Below are positions 57,301 through 64,000 of a stretch of DNA of 64,000 bases, piece by piece; position 1 is the first letter of the stretch, and every line of letters starts with the position of its first letter. The DNA comes from Microgenomates group bacterium. GTDB taxonomy: Bacteria; Patescibacteriota; Microgenomatia; Daviesbacterales; UBA10151. The notes under the pieces were generated by a model. The model worked only from the letters and a program-made list of their open reading frames with translations, had not been told where the DNA came from and ran no database searches. The stretch spans positions 589 to 64,588 of the forward strand of contig JBAZXP010000001.1 in NCBI GenBank assembly GCA_041659805.1. Direction: 5' to 3'. Both the position numbers and the translations under genes were made by a program.

Positions 57301-60300
57301 GGCTTTTCTAGTGCTGCAACATCAGTTGTATATAAAGCTACTCTTGGAGCAACAGGTGATATTGGACCGTTTAGTACCACCAATCAGGCTCAACTACCTG
57401 CAACAGTATATTCTCATAAGGGGGTAGTGATAAATATGGGTGGAACTAATTATATTTATATAATCGGAGGACTTGGTTCTTCAGCTGTATACAAAGCTAC
57501 TATTAATTCAACTACCGGTGATATTGGGGCATTTGATACCACCAGCCAGGGACAATTATTGGCAACTTCTGCTGGTCTGACTGCCACTGCTGCCTCAATT
57601 GGAGGGACTAATTATATTTATGTGATCGGTGGAGGCAGCACAGGCAATACTGTTGTTTATAAAGTCCTTGTTGATGGTTCTGGTAATCTTGGACCATTTA
57701 GCACCACCAATCAAGCTCAATTACCAGCCAAACAAAAAGACCATACCACACAAATAGCCACCATTGGCGGAACCAGTTACATTTACTCTATGGGGGGTAT
57801 CTCCCTTGCTACAAGTCAGTCAGTTGTTTATAAAGCCCAGATTGATCCTGCCACTGGTAATGTGGGAACTTTTGATACCACCAGCCAGGCTCAATTACCA
57901 GACACCCTAAAAAATGCCTCTTCCTTTGTTTTTGCCAATGGAGGGATCAACTACATTTATACAATTGGGGGCGCTCTTGGTGGTGCCAGCTGGTCTTCTG
58001 TTGTATATAAAGCCCAGATTGGAGGAGCTATTGGTAACGGTGTAACTATTACAAAAACAATAAGCAGCACTGATTTAACTGGTAAGAATATGGTTACTTA
58101 CTGGTTAAGAGCAGCTGAAACAGCTACAGCTGCTAATTTAGTATTGGAATTTAGTAATGATGGTGGGACTAATTGGAGTACTTCAGCTGCCCCATCCTTA
58201 ACTTCTGCTGATACCTGGCAGCAGCAGTATTGGGATATTTCTGGAATTGCTAATGGATCTAAAAATACTACCACCAAGCTCAGATTTAGGTTAACTGGGG
58301 ATGTTAATGGTTCTTTCCAATTTGATCAGGTTAGGGCAGAAGGAACACTTTTTTCTGGTACTTCTACCTCCACAGTTGGTTCTACCAATTCTCTAACCAA
58401 TAATTTATATCTTAATGCTCAGGGTCTGGGAGTTTTAGGTATTAATTATAATTCAGGCAGCTCTGGTGGATTTACTGTTTTTAATGGTGGAACAACTGCT
58501 CTGATGAATGTATTACAAAATGGTAATGTGGGAATTGGTACTACAGCTCCTGGACAAAAACTGGATCTTTCATCTGGTTCTTCTTTTGGAATTAATGGGA
58601 CTGCAGTATTATCCGGGACTGTATTAGGCACTGGAGTAGTTACTTCATCCTTAACTACTGTAGGAGCTTTGGCTTCAGGTTCCATTGCAACTGGCTTTGG
58701 TAATATCTCAACAGCTAATACTATCACTACCTCTGGAACTATGGGCACAGCTGCCACCACTGCTTTTACAGGCTTAACAGGAGTATTTTCTACCTCTGTC
58801 ACTTCCCCACTAATCATAGGATCAACTTCTGCCAATGGTACTTTAACCTTAGAAGGAAATAATACAACAGGAAATACTGCCACCAATCCTAATTTATTCT
58901 TTAAGGTTGGAGATTCTGCAGGCACAACTGCCATAACTATTCTAAATAATGGAAATATAGGAATTGGAACCACTTCCCCTGGAGCTAAACTGGATATTGG
59001 TACTGGTAATATTAAATTTAAAGGTGATGACGCCAATAATGGTGGAGGTCAAAATGCTCTAATTGCATATGGAAGTGATAATTTTGCCTGGACTGATGGT
59101 TGGGGAAACCTAAAATTTGGAACAAAAACCAATCAAACCTTAGGACTGGAAACAAGTGGTTATGGTGACTTTTATCTAAAAGATAACAGTGCCAGCAGAA
59201 ATGTAATTCAATATTGTAATTCTTCCTGCGGTACAAATGGAGGGTTATTGCGTCTTCAACCAGCAGGTGGAAATATCGGTATTGGAAGCAGTGTGGGTAT
59301 TGGAACCACTGCCCCTGCTCATACTATTGATGTTGTTGGTGATGCAGGGTTATCTACAGGAACATTATGGACTAATACTTCTGATTCACGAGTAAAGCAG
59401 AATATAGAAACAATTCCTGATGCTTTGGGACTGATTTCAAGATTAAAACCTTCACAGTATCTATATACCCCAGAATATTTAGCCAAGCATCCTGAGATAA
59501 AAGATATAGAACATTATGGATTTATAGCCCAGGACTTCCAGGAAGTGTTCCCTGAAAGTATAACTACAGGAGCTGATGGATTCCTGCAGGTTAATGCTTC
59601 CAATGTGATTCCTTATATGACCAAAGCTATTCAGGAACTGCTGGCTAAATTTGAAAACCATGATACAAGAATTAAAAACCTTGAAGATGTCATTGCGAGC
59701 AACTCAGCAGTTCAGCTAGTCAGCAGTTCAGCTAGTCAGCAATCAAGTCAATCAGCTGATATCGCCGATACTCTGAACATTGCCGATTCGCTGAACTTAA
59801 CCCCACCATCAATCCTGCTTTCTACTACCAGTGCTCAGTTAGTAGATTTGTCTGTTGCCTCAGAAGCTACTTTCTCAGGAAAATTAACAGCATATGAGGC
59901 TACCATCTCTGATACCTTCAAATCACTCGGTAATACTTTCCTGGGAAATACTACGATAGCAGGAGACTTTAATATAGATGGAACAATGAGCATTACTGGA
60001 AATTCTATAAGCACACTGGGTAACTTATTTATCCAAAATGGACCGTTAGCAGGAAATGTAGACTTCTTTAATGGAAAAGTAGTGATTGATAATCAGGGTA
60101 ATATTAAGGTTGGAGGAAACTTAGAAGTAGCTGGCGCAATGGTAATTGCAGCTAACGCAGGCGAAGACTTGGTGGCGGGAGAGGCTGTTTATATTTCATC
60201 AGATGGAACTGTCAGCAAATCTGATTCAACTGTTTCAGAAAAGGCCCAAATAGTGGGTTTAGTTGCTTCAGATGCTATTCAAAACAGTGAGGTAAGGGTA

Positions 60301-60486
60301 GCTATTAGTGGTAAATTAGGCGGATTTACAAACCTAATTGCAGGCAAAAAATACTACCTTGGAGAATTTGGTCAAATCACCACTACCCCACCAATAAACA
60401 TACTAAGACATATCCAAGCAGGCATCGCTTTCAGTTCAACTGAAATTATAATTCAAATCTTTGACTTTAACGGATTAATAAATTAA
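51316..60486 (+). CDS. Giant (3056-aa) membrane-tethered surface protein. From the N-terminus it has two MerR/Xis-type HTH domains, one TM helix, repeated beta-propeller/Kelch regions, a Gly-rich low-complexity block, a DUF2341-like domain, more Kelch repeats, a lectin-like region and a Peptidase_S74 IMC domain plus a ~250-aa tail.
   Basis: The HTH domains are 'VGQAAKILDVSVDTIRRWEKKGIL' and 'ISDAAKTLGVSPAILRKMEKEGKI'. The TM is 'IVSGVLASLVLAVLVLARV'. The Gly-rich block is 'GGGGGYGGAGGTGAVGS...GGGGGGNGGNGYGGAGGGG'. DUF2341 is 'YSKPVTVNN...DYDDVRISYNG...IRFAIQANI...YRIHYGN'. The S74 domain is 'SDSRVKQNIETIPDALGLISRLKPSQYLYTPEY...HYGFIAQDFQEVFPESI'. Confidence 0.8.
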   Translation: MSLPQNQSQQLVPVGQAAKILDVSVDTIRRWEKKGILQSTRPNGKDRYFSLEDLHKVKASKPILISDAAKTLGVSPAILRKMEKEGKIQPQRDEKGTRIYDQNILKTVNSNITTVEELLDLSRSEGNSQYHIPLTESKLHEYANSYEQVASSQKFLALSHKLQATSIVSGVLASLVLAVLVLARVSNFDLANLAMSYGQVASGQKQLATSYKPLALSNSNVLAATTSNHYLNFATDLIVEGDLAVGGLLNNIKLIPGGDNVNRTLTVSAPVTLDQDLSTASSPTFAGLTVLSPINAPSASTSTLSLTGTKDQITFDVSGVKSTLTWTPTSAQTLTLPNATDTLVGRATTDTLTNKTISGSDNTISNIQSSALSGSYTGITGLGTITTGTWNGTKIGTTYGGTGLTTYTTGDLLYSSASNTLANLAVGTAGQVLTVSGGLPAWTASSSIVDLTSVASNILPSVNNTYDLGSLTNQWQDAWFAGTLTVAGNIVGATTGTSGYWTRNDATGDLYSATLTDQIGIGTTAPASQLEIKATTNPALSLYAGSGTDNIFQVFNNAGDTTYFAVDSTGKMSSSAFQLTDAANAVVGTAIAGGWTLNGNTFTYRRIITITNSSGSTMPKYYEISLPLSSSDSNHVYTNSQQASPYKDFRIAYDSGTPTEIARNVSSFTSSNVTTTFQLQASIANSGTATYYIYYSNSTLATTPDTYTGTTVLDNGDAAIDWTSGSSDFALSQETTIKHEGTGSLKTVSSLGTMGAFATTSQGQLSTILNSPTSFSTSLGGTNYVYVLGGNNGSADVSTVYKADLNTTTGNISTFTTTSQGQLPQVLSGAASVAAVPSIDGGTGADGTLDLSLGSGAGGCNGTGLSWAGSTCTIDTDTKSTFNFTTINVSAGTTLTTSGTTFPTLKATGSVTIAGAIDLAGKGYAGGLTSGNAGCNGYGPGFGRAFNGNATQGNCAFATSINAGGGGGYGGAGGTGAVGSVAGTTYDTAAVGSGGGGGGNGGNGYGGAGGGGIQIQSGSTISITGTISANGANGITTAAYAGGGGGGSGGRITLQAASAITNSGTISANGGNGGGSDAGGRGGGGGGGGRITIQDSSGAAGGTITATYGTGAIATQGNGANGTAGVITQTANPTLIYLLGGINGSTRQSTVYKSSITGSDLGAFDTTSQAQLLVALSYPTSQTITISNTSYVYVLGGNSASGDVSTVYRSTVTSGNLETFATTNQGQLPQVLSKHSSSTVSISGTNYVYVIGGINGSTAQSTVYKSTVDGSGNLSSFDTTNQGQLPAALYSTSSNIATVGGTSYLYVLGGINSGGSKVSTVYKAQIGATGDIGAFSTTGQNQLPAALGSLSSVTATVGTSQYIYTLGGAGTSASVSTVYKAKINDMSSSYATKTLTSTDLTNKNDLTFWVYSDTTGAYMHFDIYDSTAGWTNCADFTISSASTWEQKSCDISAVAAASKDGITSLRISTDSTVNITSSFTTYFDDIQATPNFASFSNTTSYARAILGAANLAVNAQGTGLVQINYSASPNAAAGSGGFALYDGTTNALFVVDGTGTVTTGIWNGTDIAVTAGGTGASTAADARTNLGLAIGTNVQAYDADLTTYAGITPSANVQTLLGSADYATARTNLGLGTMATQNIAGISAAILPDTNNSYDLGSVTNQWQDAWFAGNLTVAGNLIGASSGTAGYFSRSGTTLSTATAGDNITTTGSVGVGTTSPTSTAKLDVAGNIALSTNGSSIKALDSSTSNTVGGNSFIYSKPVTVNNTSAGTMSQNTTYTLMLTGTDASDVYSNSQADYDDVRISYNGTEIARVVDKFTSSEINIRFAIQANILTSASDANYRIHYGNAGLSAPTAYSGSTVLDQSDAASDWTSSDTAQIVMSDDTTYYVETTGSVKGTGQSSNLQAFATTSQGQLPDTVANNSVTSATIGGTTYVYSLGTNGGSGTNSAVYKAVLDGSNNLGSFSTTNQAQFPQNFSYTAPFTATFSGTTYLYAIGGFSSAATSVVYKATLGATGDIGPFSTTNQAQLPATVYSHKGVVINMGGTNYIYIIGGLGSSAVYKATINSTTGDIGAFDTTSQGQLLATSAGLTATAASIGGTNYIYVIGGGSTGNTVVYKVLVDGSGNLGPFSTTNQAQLPAKQKDHTTQIATIGGTSYIYSMGGISLATSQSVVYKAQIDPATGNVGTFDTTSQAQLPDTLKNASSFVFANGGINYIYTIGGALGGASWSSVVYKAQIGGAIGNGVTITKTISSTDLTGKNMVTYWLRAAETATAANLVLEFSNDGGTNWSTSAAPSLTSADTWQQQYWDISGIANGSKNTTTKLRFRLTGDVNGSFQFDQVRAEGTLFSGTSTSTVGSTNSLTNNLYLNAQGLGVLGINYNSGSSGGFTVFNGGTTALMNVLQNGNVGIGTTAPGQKLDLSSGSSFGINGTAVLSGTVLGTGVVTSSLTTVGALASGSIATGFGNISTANTITTSGTMGTAATTAFTGLTGVFSTSVTSPLIIGSTSANGTLTLEGNNTTGNTATNPNLFFKVGDSAGTTAITILNNGNIGIGTTSPGAKLDIGTGNIKFKGDDANNGGGQNALIAYGSDNFAWTDGWGNLKFGTKTNQTLGLETSGYGDFYLKDNSASRNVIQYCNSSCGTNGGLLRLQPAGGNIGIGSSVGIGTTAPAHTIDVVGDAGLSTGTLWTNTSDSRVKQNIETIPDALGLISRLKPSQYLYTPEYLAKHPEIKDIEHYGFIAQDFQEVFPESITTGADGFLQVNASNVIPYMTKAIQELLAKFENHDTRIKNLEDVIASNSAVQLVSSSASQQSSQSADIADTLNIADSLNLTPPSILLSTTSAQLVDLSVASEATFSGKLTAYEATISDTFKSLGNTFLGNTTIAGDFNIDGTMSITGNSISTLGNLFIQNGPLAGNVDFFNGKVVIDNQGNIKVGGNLEVAGAMVIAANAGEDLVAGEAVYISSDGTVSKSDSTVSEKAQIVGLVASDAIQNSEVRVAISGKLGGFTNLIAGKKYYLGEFGQITTTPPINILRHIQAGIAFSSTEIIIQIFDFNGLIN
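59280..59680 (+). repeat. Long dispersed repeat, copy B, pairing with 3225..3625. It is the S74-domain block of the giant gene.
   Basis: See copy A. The identical stretch runs 59289-59393. Confidence 0.85.
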
Positions 60487-60496
60487 TCTTAAGATA

Positions 60497-61351
60497 ATGC
60501 CTAAGTTTTTAATAAAATCTGCTTCTATTTTTTTATCACTGATTATACTCGCCACAATCAACCTCCCACTGGTTTTAGCGCAAGAATCAGGTTCTGTAGA
60601 CTGGACATATACTTATTCTATTGCTGATAAAGATGCTGTTGATGGTGATATTATTTCCTCTTCAACAGATAAAGGACTCACCAGAGCAAACTTCCCATAT
60701 GATTCTCATATGTTTGGTGTTATGCAAAAAACCCCTTTGGTTGTCTATACCAGTTTTGAAAATACTGGTTTACCTATTGCCAGATCAGGGACAGCCACAG
60801 TCAATGTTACCACCTTAAACGGACCAATTGTCCCGGGAGATTATATTACTACCTCCGAAATACCGGGCAAAGGACAAAAAGCAACAGATTCAGGAAATGT
60901 GCTTGGTATTGCTCTGACTCCATTAGGACCCTCAGACGGAACTGAAACCAGCTATCAGCCAACATCTACAACAGGCAAACAAAATCCAGCCATAAAAGTA
61001 AGAGCTGGAAAAGTAACAGTTGCCCTAAGAGTAGAATATGCCGAAATAACTACAGCCAGGACAGCTTTAAGGCTACTTGATTCATTTAATGCAGCATTAT
61101 TTACCAATGTTCAAAATCCTGATCAATTCGTTAAAATCTTCCGTTATATCACTGCTATAGTCATAGTTTTGATTTCATTCACCATTGGTTTCTTAACATT
61201 CTCCAGAGCCATTCCTAAAGGGATTGAGGCAATTGGGAGAAACCCCTTAGCTCAAAAAACCATTATCTTTTCTATTGTGCTTAATATAATCTTCACATTG
61301 GTAACAGCTATAGCAGGTATAGCAGCTGCTATCCTCATATTAAAGTTTTGA
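60497..61351 (+). CDS. Hypothetical exported protein with a C-terminal two-helix membrane hairpin.
   Basis: The signal peptide is 'IFLSLIILATINLPLVLA'. The C-terminus 'ITAIVIVLISFTIGFLTFSRAIPKGIEAIGRNPLAQKTIIFSIVLNIIFTLVTAIAGIAAAILIL' forms a helix, a GRNP loop and a second helix. Confidence 0.45.
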   Translation: MPKFLIKSASIFLSLIILATINLPLVLAQESGSVDWTYTYSIADKDAVDGDIISSSTDKGLTRANFPYDSHMFGVMQKTPLVVYTSFENTGLPIARSGTATVNVTTLNGPIVPGDYITTSEIPGKGQKATDSGNVLGIALTPLGPSDGTETSYQPTSTTGKQNPAIKVRAGKVTVALRVEYAEITTARTALRLLDSFNAALFTNVQNPDQFVKIFRYITAIVIVLISFTIGFLTFSRAIPKGIEAIGRNPLAQKTIIFSIVLNIIFTLVTAIAGIAAAILILKF

Positions 61352-61373
61352 CATAAAAAGTACTCACAAATTT

Positions 61374-61546
61374 GCCCGCTTGGAATGAAAAGCGTAAAAA
61401 TCTCGACAAGCCAATATCAGGGGGAGGTCCGAACACTTTCGGAGGGGGAAAACTTTCCCCCGATTAATTGGCGAGGAGAGATTAGCTTTTCTTCCGCGGG
61501 CAGAGTTTTACCACGCTTTTGCGGTCAAAAGCGTGAAAGAAAAAAA
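61374..61546 (+). ncRNA. Copy 2 of the ~172-nt repeated structured element (see 29457..29627).
   Basis: The three conserved blocks are identical to copy 1. Variable segment 1 is 34 nt in both copies, and variable segment 2 is 27 and 28 nt, yet the variable sequences have diverged. Confidence 0.45.
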
Positions 61547-61780
61547 TATTATCTTTTTTTATATGCGTCTTTGGTGGCAAAGACGCCCAAAGCCACTTTG
61601 ACAGGAAGTAAGCAAAGCTTGCCTTTTGCTTTCGCAAAAGGTGTACGCTAAATTTTAACGCGATTAGCGCGGAGCGCGAGGCGCAATAGCGACTCATTCC
61701 AAGTCAAAGAAATAACTAAAGCTGCAGAAAAAGAGACTTGGTGATTGAATTTTTTTGATAATTCCCTTATTCTTTAGTTA

Positions 61781-62491
61781 ATGCCCAAAACTCTTCTTTT
61801 TGAAATAGTTGCTCTCGTAATCAGCCTTGTTGTGGCTGTTATCTCGCTTATCCTATATCTGGAAGAGTACAGACGCCGGCGTAAAGCCAAACTGGCAGAA
61901 AAAGGCTTCCAGGAAGCCAATACCACTGAACAAAAAAGCCTCAATATCCTCTATCGGGCAATGAAAAAAGCCCAGACAATTATTGGAAATGCCGAGCTTG
62001 AAGGAATCAAGGTAGGGGCTCAAAACCGCTTGGCTGAAAAAAAGGCTGAAACCTTATTTGAAAATCAGTTGTCTGTTTCACGATCTGAGTTGGAAAAAGA
62101 AATGTCTTTGCAAGTGAACAAAACATATTCTGAATATATAAAATTCCTGGACGCTTTAAAGGAACAAAATAATCAAATTCAGGCGGTCAACCAGGAAGCT
62201 ATCAAACAAAGAGCCAACACTATTTTTGATAAGTTTGAGCAAAATTTAGGCACATTTTTAACTTCTACAGAGCAGAAAAGTGTCCAGTCAATCGAGCTTG
62301 AACTGCGTTCTGCCAGACAATTAATTGAAACCTATAAAACACAACAAATTGCAATTATTGATGAAAATATTATTTCTATTTTAGAAAGAACTTTAACCTT
62401 GATTTTGGCTAAGAAAATCCCTCTAAAAGACCAAATGGATTTGGTTTATGAAGCATTAAATAAAGCTAAAGTGGAGAAATTCGTGGTTTAA
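61781..62491 (+). CDS. atpF: F-type ATP synthase subunit b-like protein.
   Basis: It has a single N-terminal TM ('LLFEIVALVISLVVAVISLILYL') and a long charged coiled coil. It sits immediately upstream of the delta and alpha subunit genes. Confidence 0.55.
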   Translation: MPKTLLFEIVALVISLVVAVISLILYLEEYRRRRKAKLAEKGFQEANTTEQKSLNILYRAMKKAQTIIGNAELEGIKVGAQNRLAEKKAETLFENQLSVSRSELEKEMSLQVNKTYSEYIKFLDALKEQNNQIQAVNQEAIKQRANTIFDKFEQNLGTFLTSTEQKSVQSIELELRSARQLIETYKTQQIAIIDENIISILERTLTLILAKKIPLKDQMDLVYEALNKAKVEKFVV

Positions 62492-62504
62492 TAAGAAATA
62501 TGCT

Positions 62505-63005
62505 ATGGCAACTGATCTACTCACAATAATTTTATCCGATACCTATATCAAGAATCAGGCTGAAAAAAAGGTCCTGGCCTTAAAAAATTATCTGTTAAGC
62601 AGCTTATTTACTGAAGGCAAAAAAACTATGACTGCCAAAACTACAGCTGATAACCCTGAACTTGATATATGGATTAAAAGCCTGGATGAAAAAATAATTA
62701 AAGGTATTACACCACAAAATGTTTATTCAGTGTTCGATAAAACAGAAGCGGATATAAAAGCAGTCGAACCACTAGTTTTATACCTCCCGTATGATCTGCC
62801 AGGAGAAGAAATTACACAAATCGGCAGAATGTTAAGAAAAGATTACGGACCAAAATTTTTAATCGAAGTGACAATTGATCCTAACTTAATCGCCGGCTGT
62901 GCCCTATCATACAAAGGCATTTACAAAGACTATTCAGTTAAACAAAGAATATCGGATAATAAAGAGGCAATCCTGAAATCATTTAAACAATATGTTAAAC
63001 ACTAA
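62505..63005 (+). CDS. atpH: F-type ATP synthase subunit delta (OSCP)-like protein.
   Basis: It is 166 aa with the C-terminal OSCP-like pattern 'IAGCALSYKGIYKDYSVKQRI'. The call also rests on its operon position between the b and alpha subunit genes. Confidence 0.5.
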   Translation: MATDLLTIILSDTYIKNQAEKKVLALKNYLLSSLFTEGKKTMTAKTTADNPELDIWIKSLDEKIIKGITPQNVYSVFDKTEADIKAVEPLVLYLPYDLPGEEITQIGRMLRKDYGPKFLIEVTIDPNLIAGCALSYKGIYKDYSVKQRISDNKEAILKSFKQYVKH

Positions 63006-64000
63006 GCAACCAACATCAACCACCAATACTCAGGAAATAGGCTTTGTCAAACAGACCAGAGAGTTTATTGCGTCAGTCGACGGTCTTCCCAGTGCCAAGA
63101 TTAATGATTTGGTAGAAAACGAGAACGGTGTCAGAGGACTGGTTAGTGCCCTGTCTAAAAACAGCGTAGAGATCTGGTTGCTTGATGAGGGGAATGTTCA
63201 ACCTGGTCAAACTTTTAAAAGTACTAACACGCGCTTAACAGTACCCCTGGGAGACTTTTTACTGGGCAGAGCTGTTAACCCTCTGGGGGTTGCTGTCGAT
63301 GGTCGTCCTCCCTTCCCTAAAACAGTCACCACAAAGATTGCTGAACTGGATGGCCCTGCTCCCGGAATAAACGCCAGAAGGTTCATTGATCAACCACTGA
63401 TAACAGGAATTACTTTGGTTGATTCTCTTATTCCAATCGGTAAAGGACAAAGGGAATTAGTCTTGGGAGATGCCCGTTCAGGCAAGATGGATTTTTTGAT
63501 TGATATTATCATCAATCAAAAAAATACTAATGTTATTTGTATCTTTGCAGCTATCGGCAAACCCTTAAAAGAGGTCAGAAACATTATAGATACACTGAAG
63601 ACTAACAAAGCTCTGCAATACACAGTTATTGTGGCCACAGCCTCATCAGATCCTGCACCATTAATTTTTATTACCCCTCAAACAGCTTTTACCATTGGCG
63701 AATATTTTCAAAGGCAAGGCAAAGATGTGCTGATTATTTTGGATGATTTGGGAAATCATGCCAAGATCTACAGGGAAATTGCTTTATTGGGAAGCAGATC
63801 ACCCGGTAAAGAATCATATCCGGGAGATATTTTCTATCAACATTCACATCTTTTGGAACGAGCGGGATCATTCAAACCTGAAGCCGGCGGAGGCTCAATC
63901 ACTGCCCTACCTGCCATCGAACTTAACTTAAACGACTTTACTACCTTTATCCCAACCAACGTCATGTCTATGACTGATGGGCATTTGCTATTTAAATCTG
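62992..64000 (+). CDS. atpA: F-type ATP synthase subunit alpha, 3'-truncated by the window edge.
   Basis: The frame is open from the ATG at 62992 to the window end. Walker A is 'GDARSGKMDFLIDIIINQ'. Alpha/beta motifs include 'ILDDLGNHAKIYREIALL' and 'SRSPGKESYPGDIFYQHSHLLERAG'. The gene overlaps the 3' end of the delta subunit gene. Confidence 0.9.
   Translation, partial: MLNTKQPTSTTNTQEIGFVKQTREFIASVDGLPSAKINDLVENENGVRGLVSALSKNSVEIWLLDEGNVQPGQTFKSTNTRLTVPLGDFLLGRAVNPLGVAVDGRPPFPKTVTTKIAELDGPAPGINARRFIDQPLITGITLVDSLIPIGKGQRELVLGDARSGKMDFLIDIIINQKNTNVICIFAAIGKPLKEVRNIIDTLKTNKALQYTVIVATASSDPAPLIFITPQTAFTIGEYFQRQGKDVLIILDDLGNHAKIYREIALLGSRSPGKESYPGDIFYQHSHLLERAGSFKPEAGGGSITALPAIELNLNDFTTFIPTNVMSMTDGHLLFKS

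Noticed and set aside
1-64000. Possible alternative genetic code with TGA recoded as Gly, as in some Patescibacteria.
   Set aside because: Long conserved genes (leuS, argS, rho, radA, atpA) are intact under the standard code with no in-frame TGA. radA ends at a TGA that is followed within a few codons by further TGA and TAA stops. TAA is the dominant stop. There is no need to invoke recoding.

Overview
This is an AT-rich bacterial chromosomal window with no encoded tRNA 3'-CCA, membrane-anchored rather than lipobox substrate-binding proteins, sortase/LPXTG, ComEA/ComEC and a lean set of core genes. The gene content is consistent with a monoderm, Patescibacteria/CPR-like or Firmicutes-like organism. 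That placement is an inference and no database was searched.

Core genes recognisable from motifs are leuS, argS, rho, radA, ndk, an adenylate-kinase-like gene, comEA/comEC, atpF-atpH-atpA (the window ends inside atpA), a NitT/TauT-type ABC transporter, a histidine kinase plus receiver pair, and tRNA-Arg(CCT), tRNA-Pro(CGG) and two tRNA-Ala genes.

The accessory content is dominated by cell-surface genes:
- Two paralogous giant surface-protein genes. One is a 5'-truncated 1342-aa copy at the window start; the other is a complete 3056-aa copy at 51316-60486. Both combine a DUF2341-like domain, Kelch-type beta-propeller repeats and a phage tail-fibre-type Peptidase_S74 intramolecular-chaperone domain. 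The long copy additionally has two cytoplasmic MerR/Xis-type HTH domains and one transmembrane helix at its N-terminus.
- A cohesin/LamG/dockerin protein, an LPXTG/DUF11 sortase substrate and a distant sortase.
- A LysM-M23 peptidase, two O-antigen-ligase-like proteins, two very large GT-C/YfhO-like membrane proteins and a LytR_C protein.

The non-coding signals I find most interesting are:
- A ~172-nt structured element present twice, with three blocks identical between copies separated by diverged segments of conserved length.
- A tRNA-Ala tandem with four decayed tRNA-3'-half copies.
- A dispersed ~30-nt hairpin repeat whose stems covary around UNCG tetraloops.
- A perfect sigma70 consensus promoter feeding directly into a terminator hairpin.
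- A GC-rich palindromic island between comEA and comEC.

All protein calls come from reading motifs in the supplied translations. I ran no searches.
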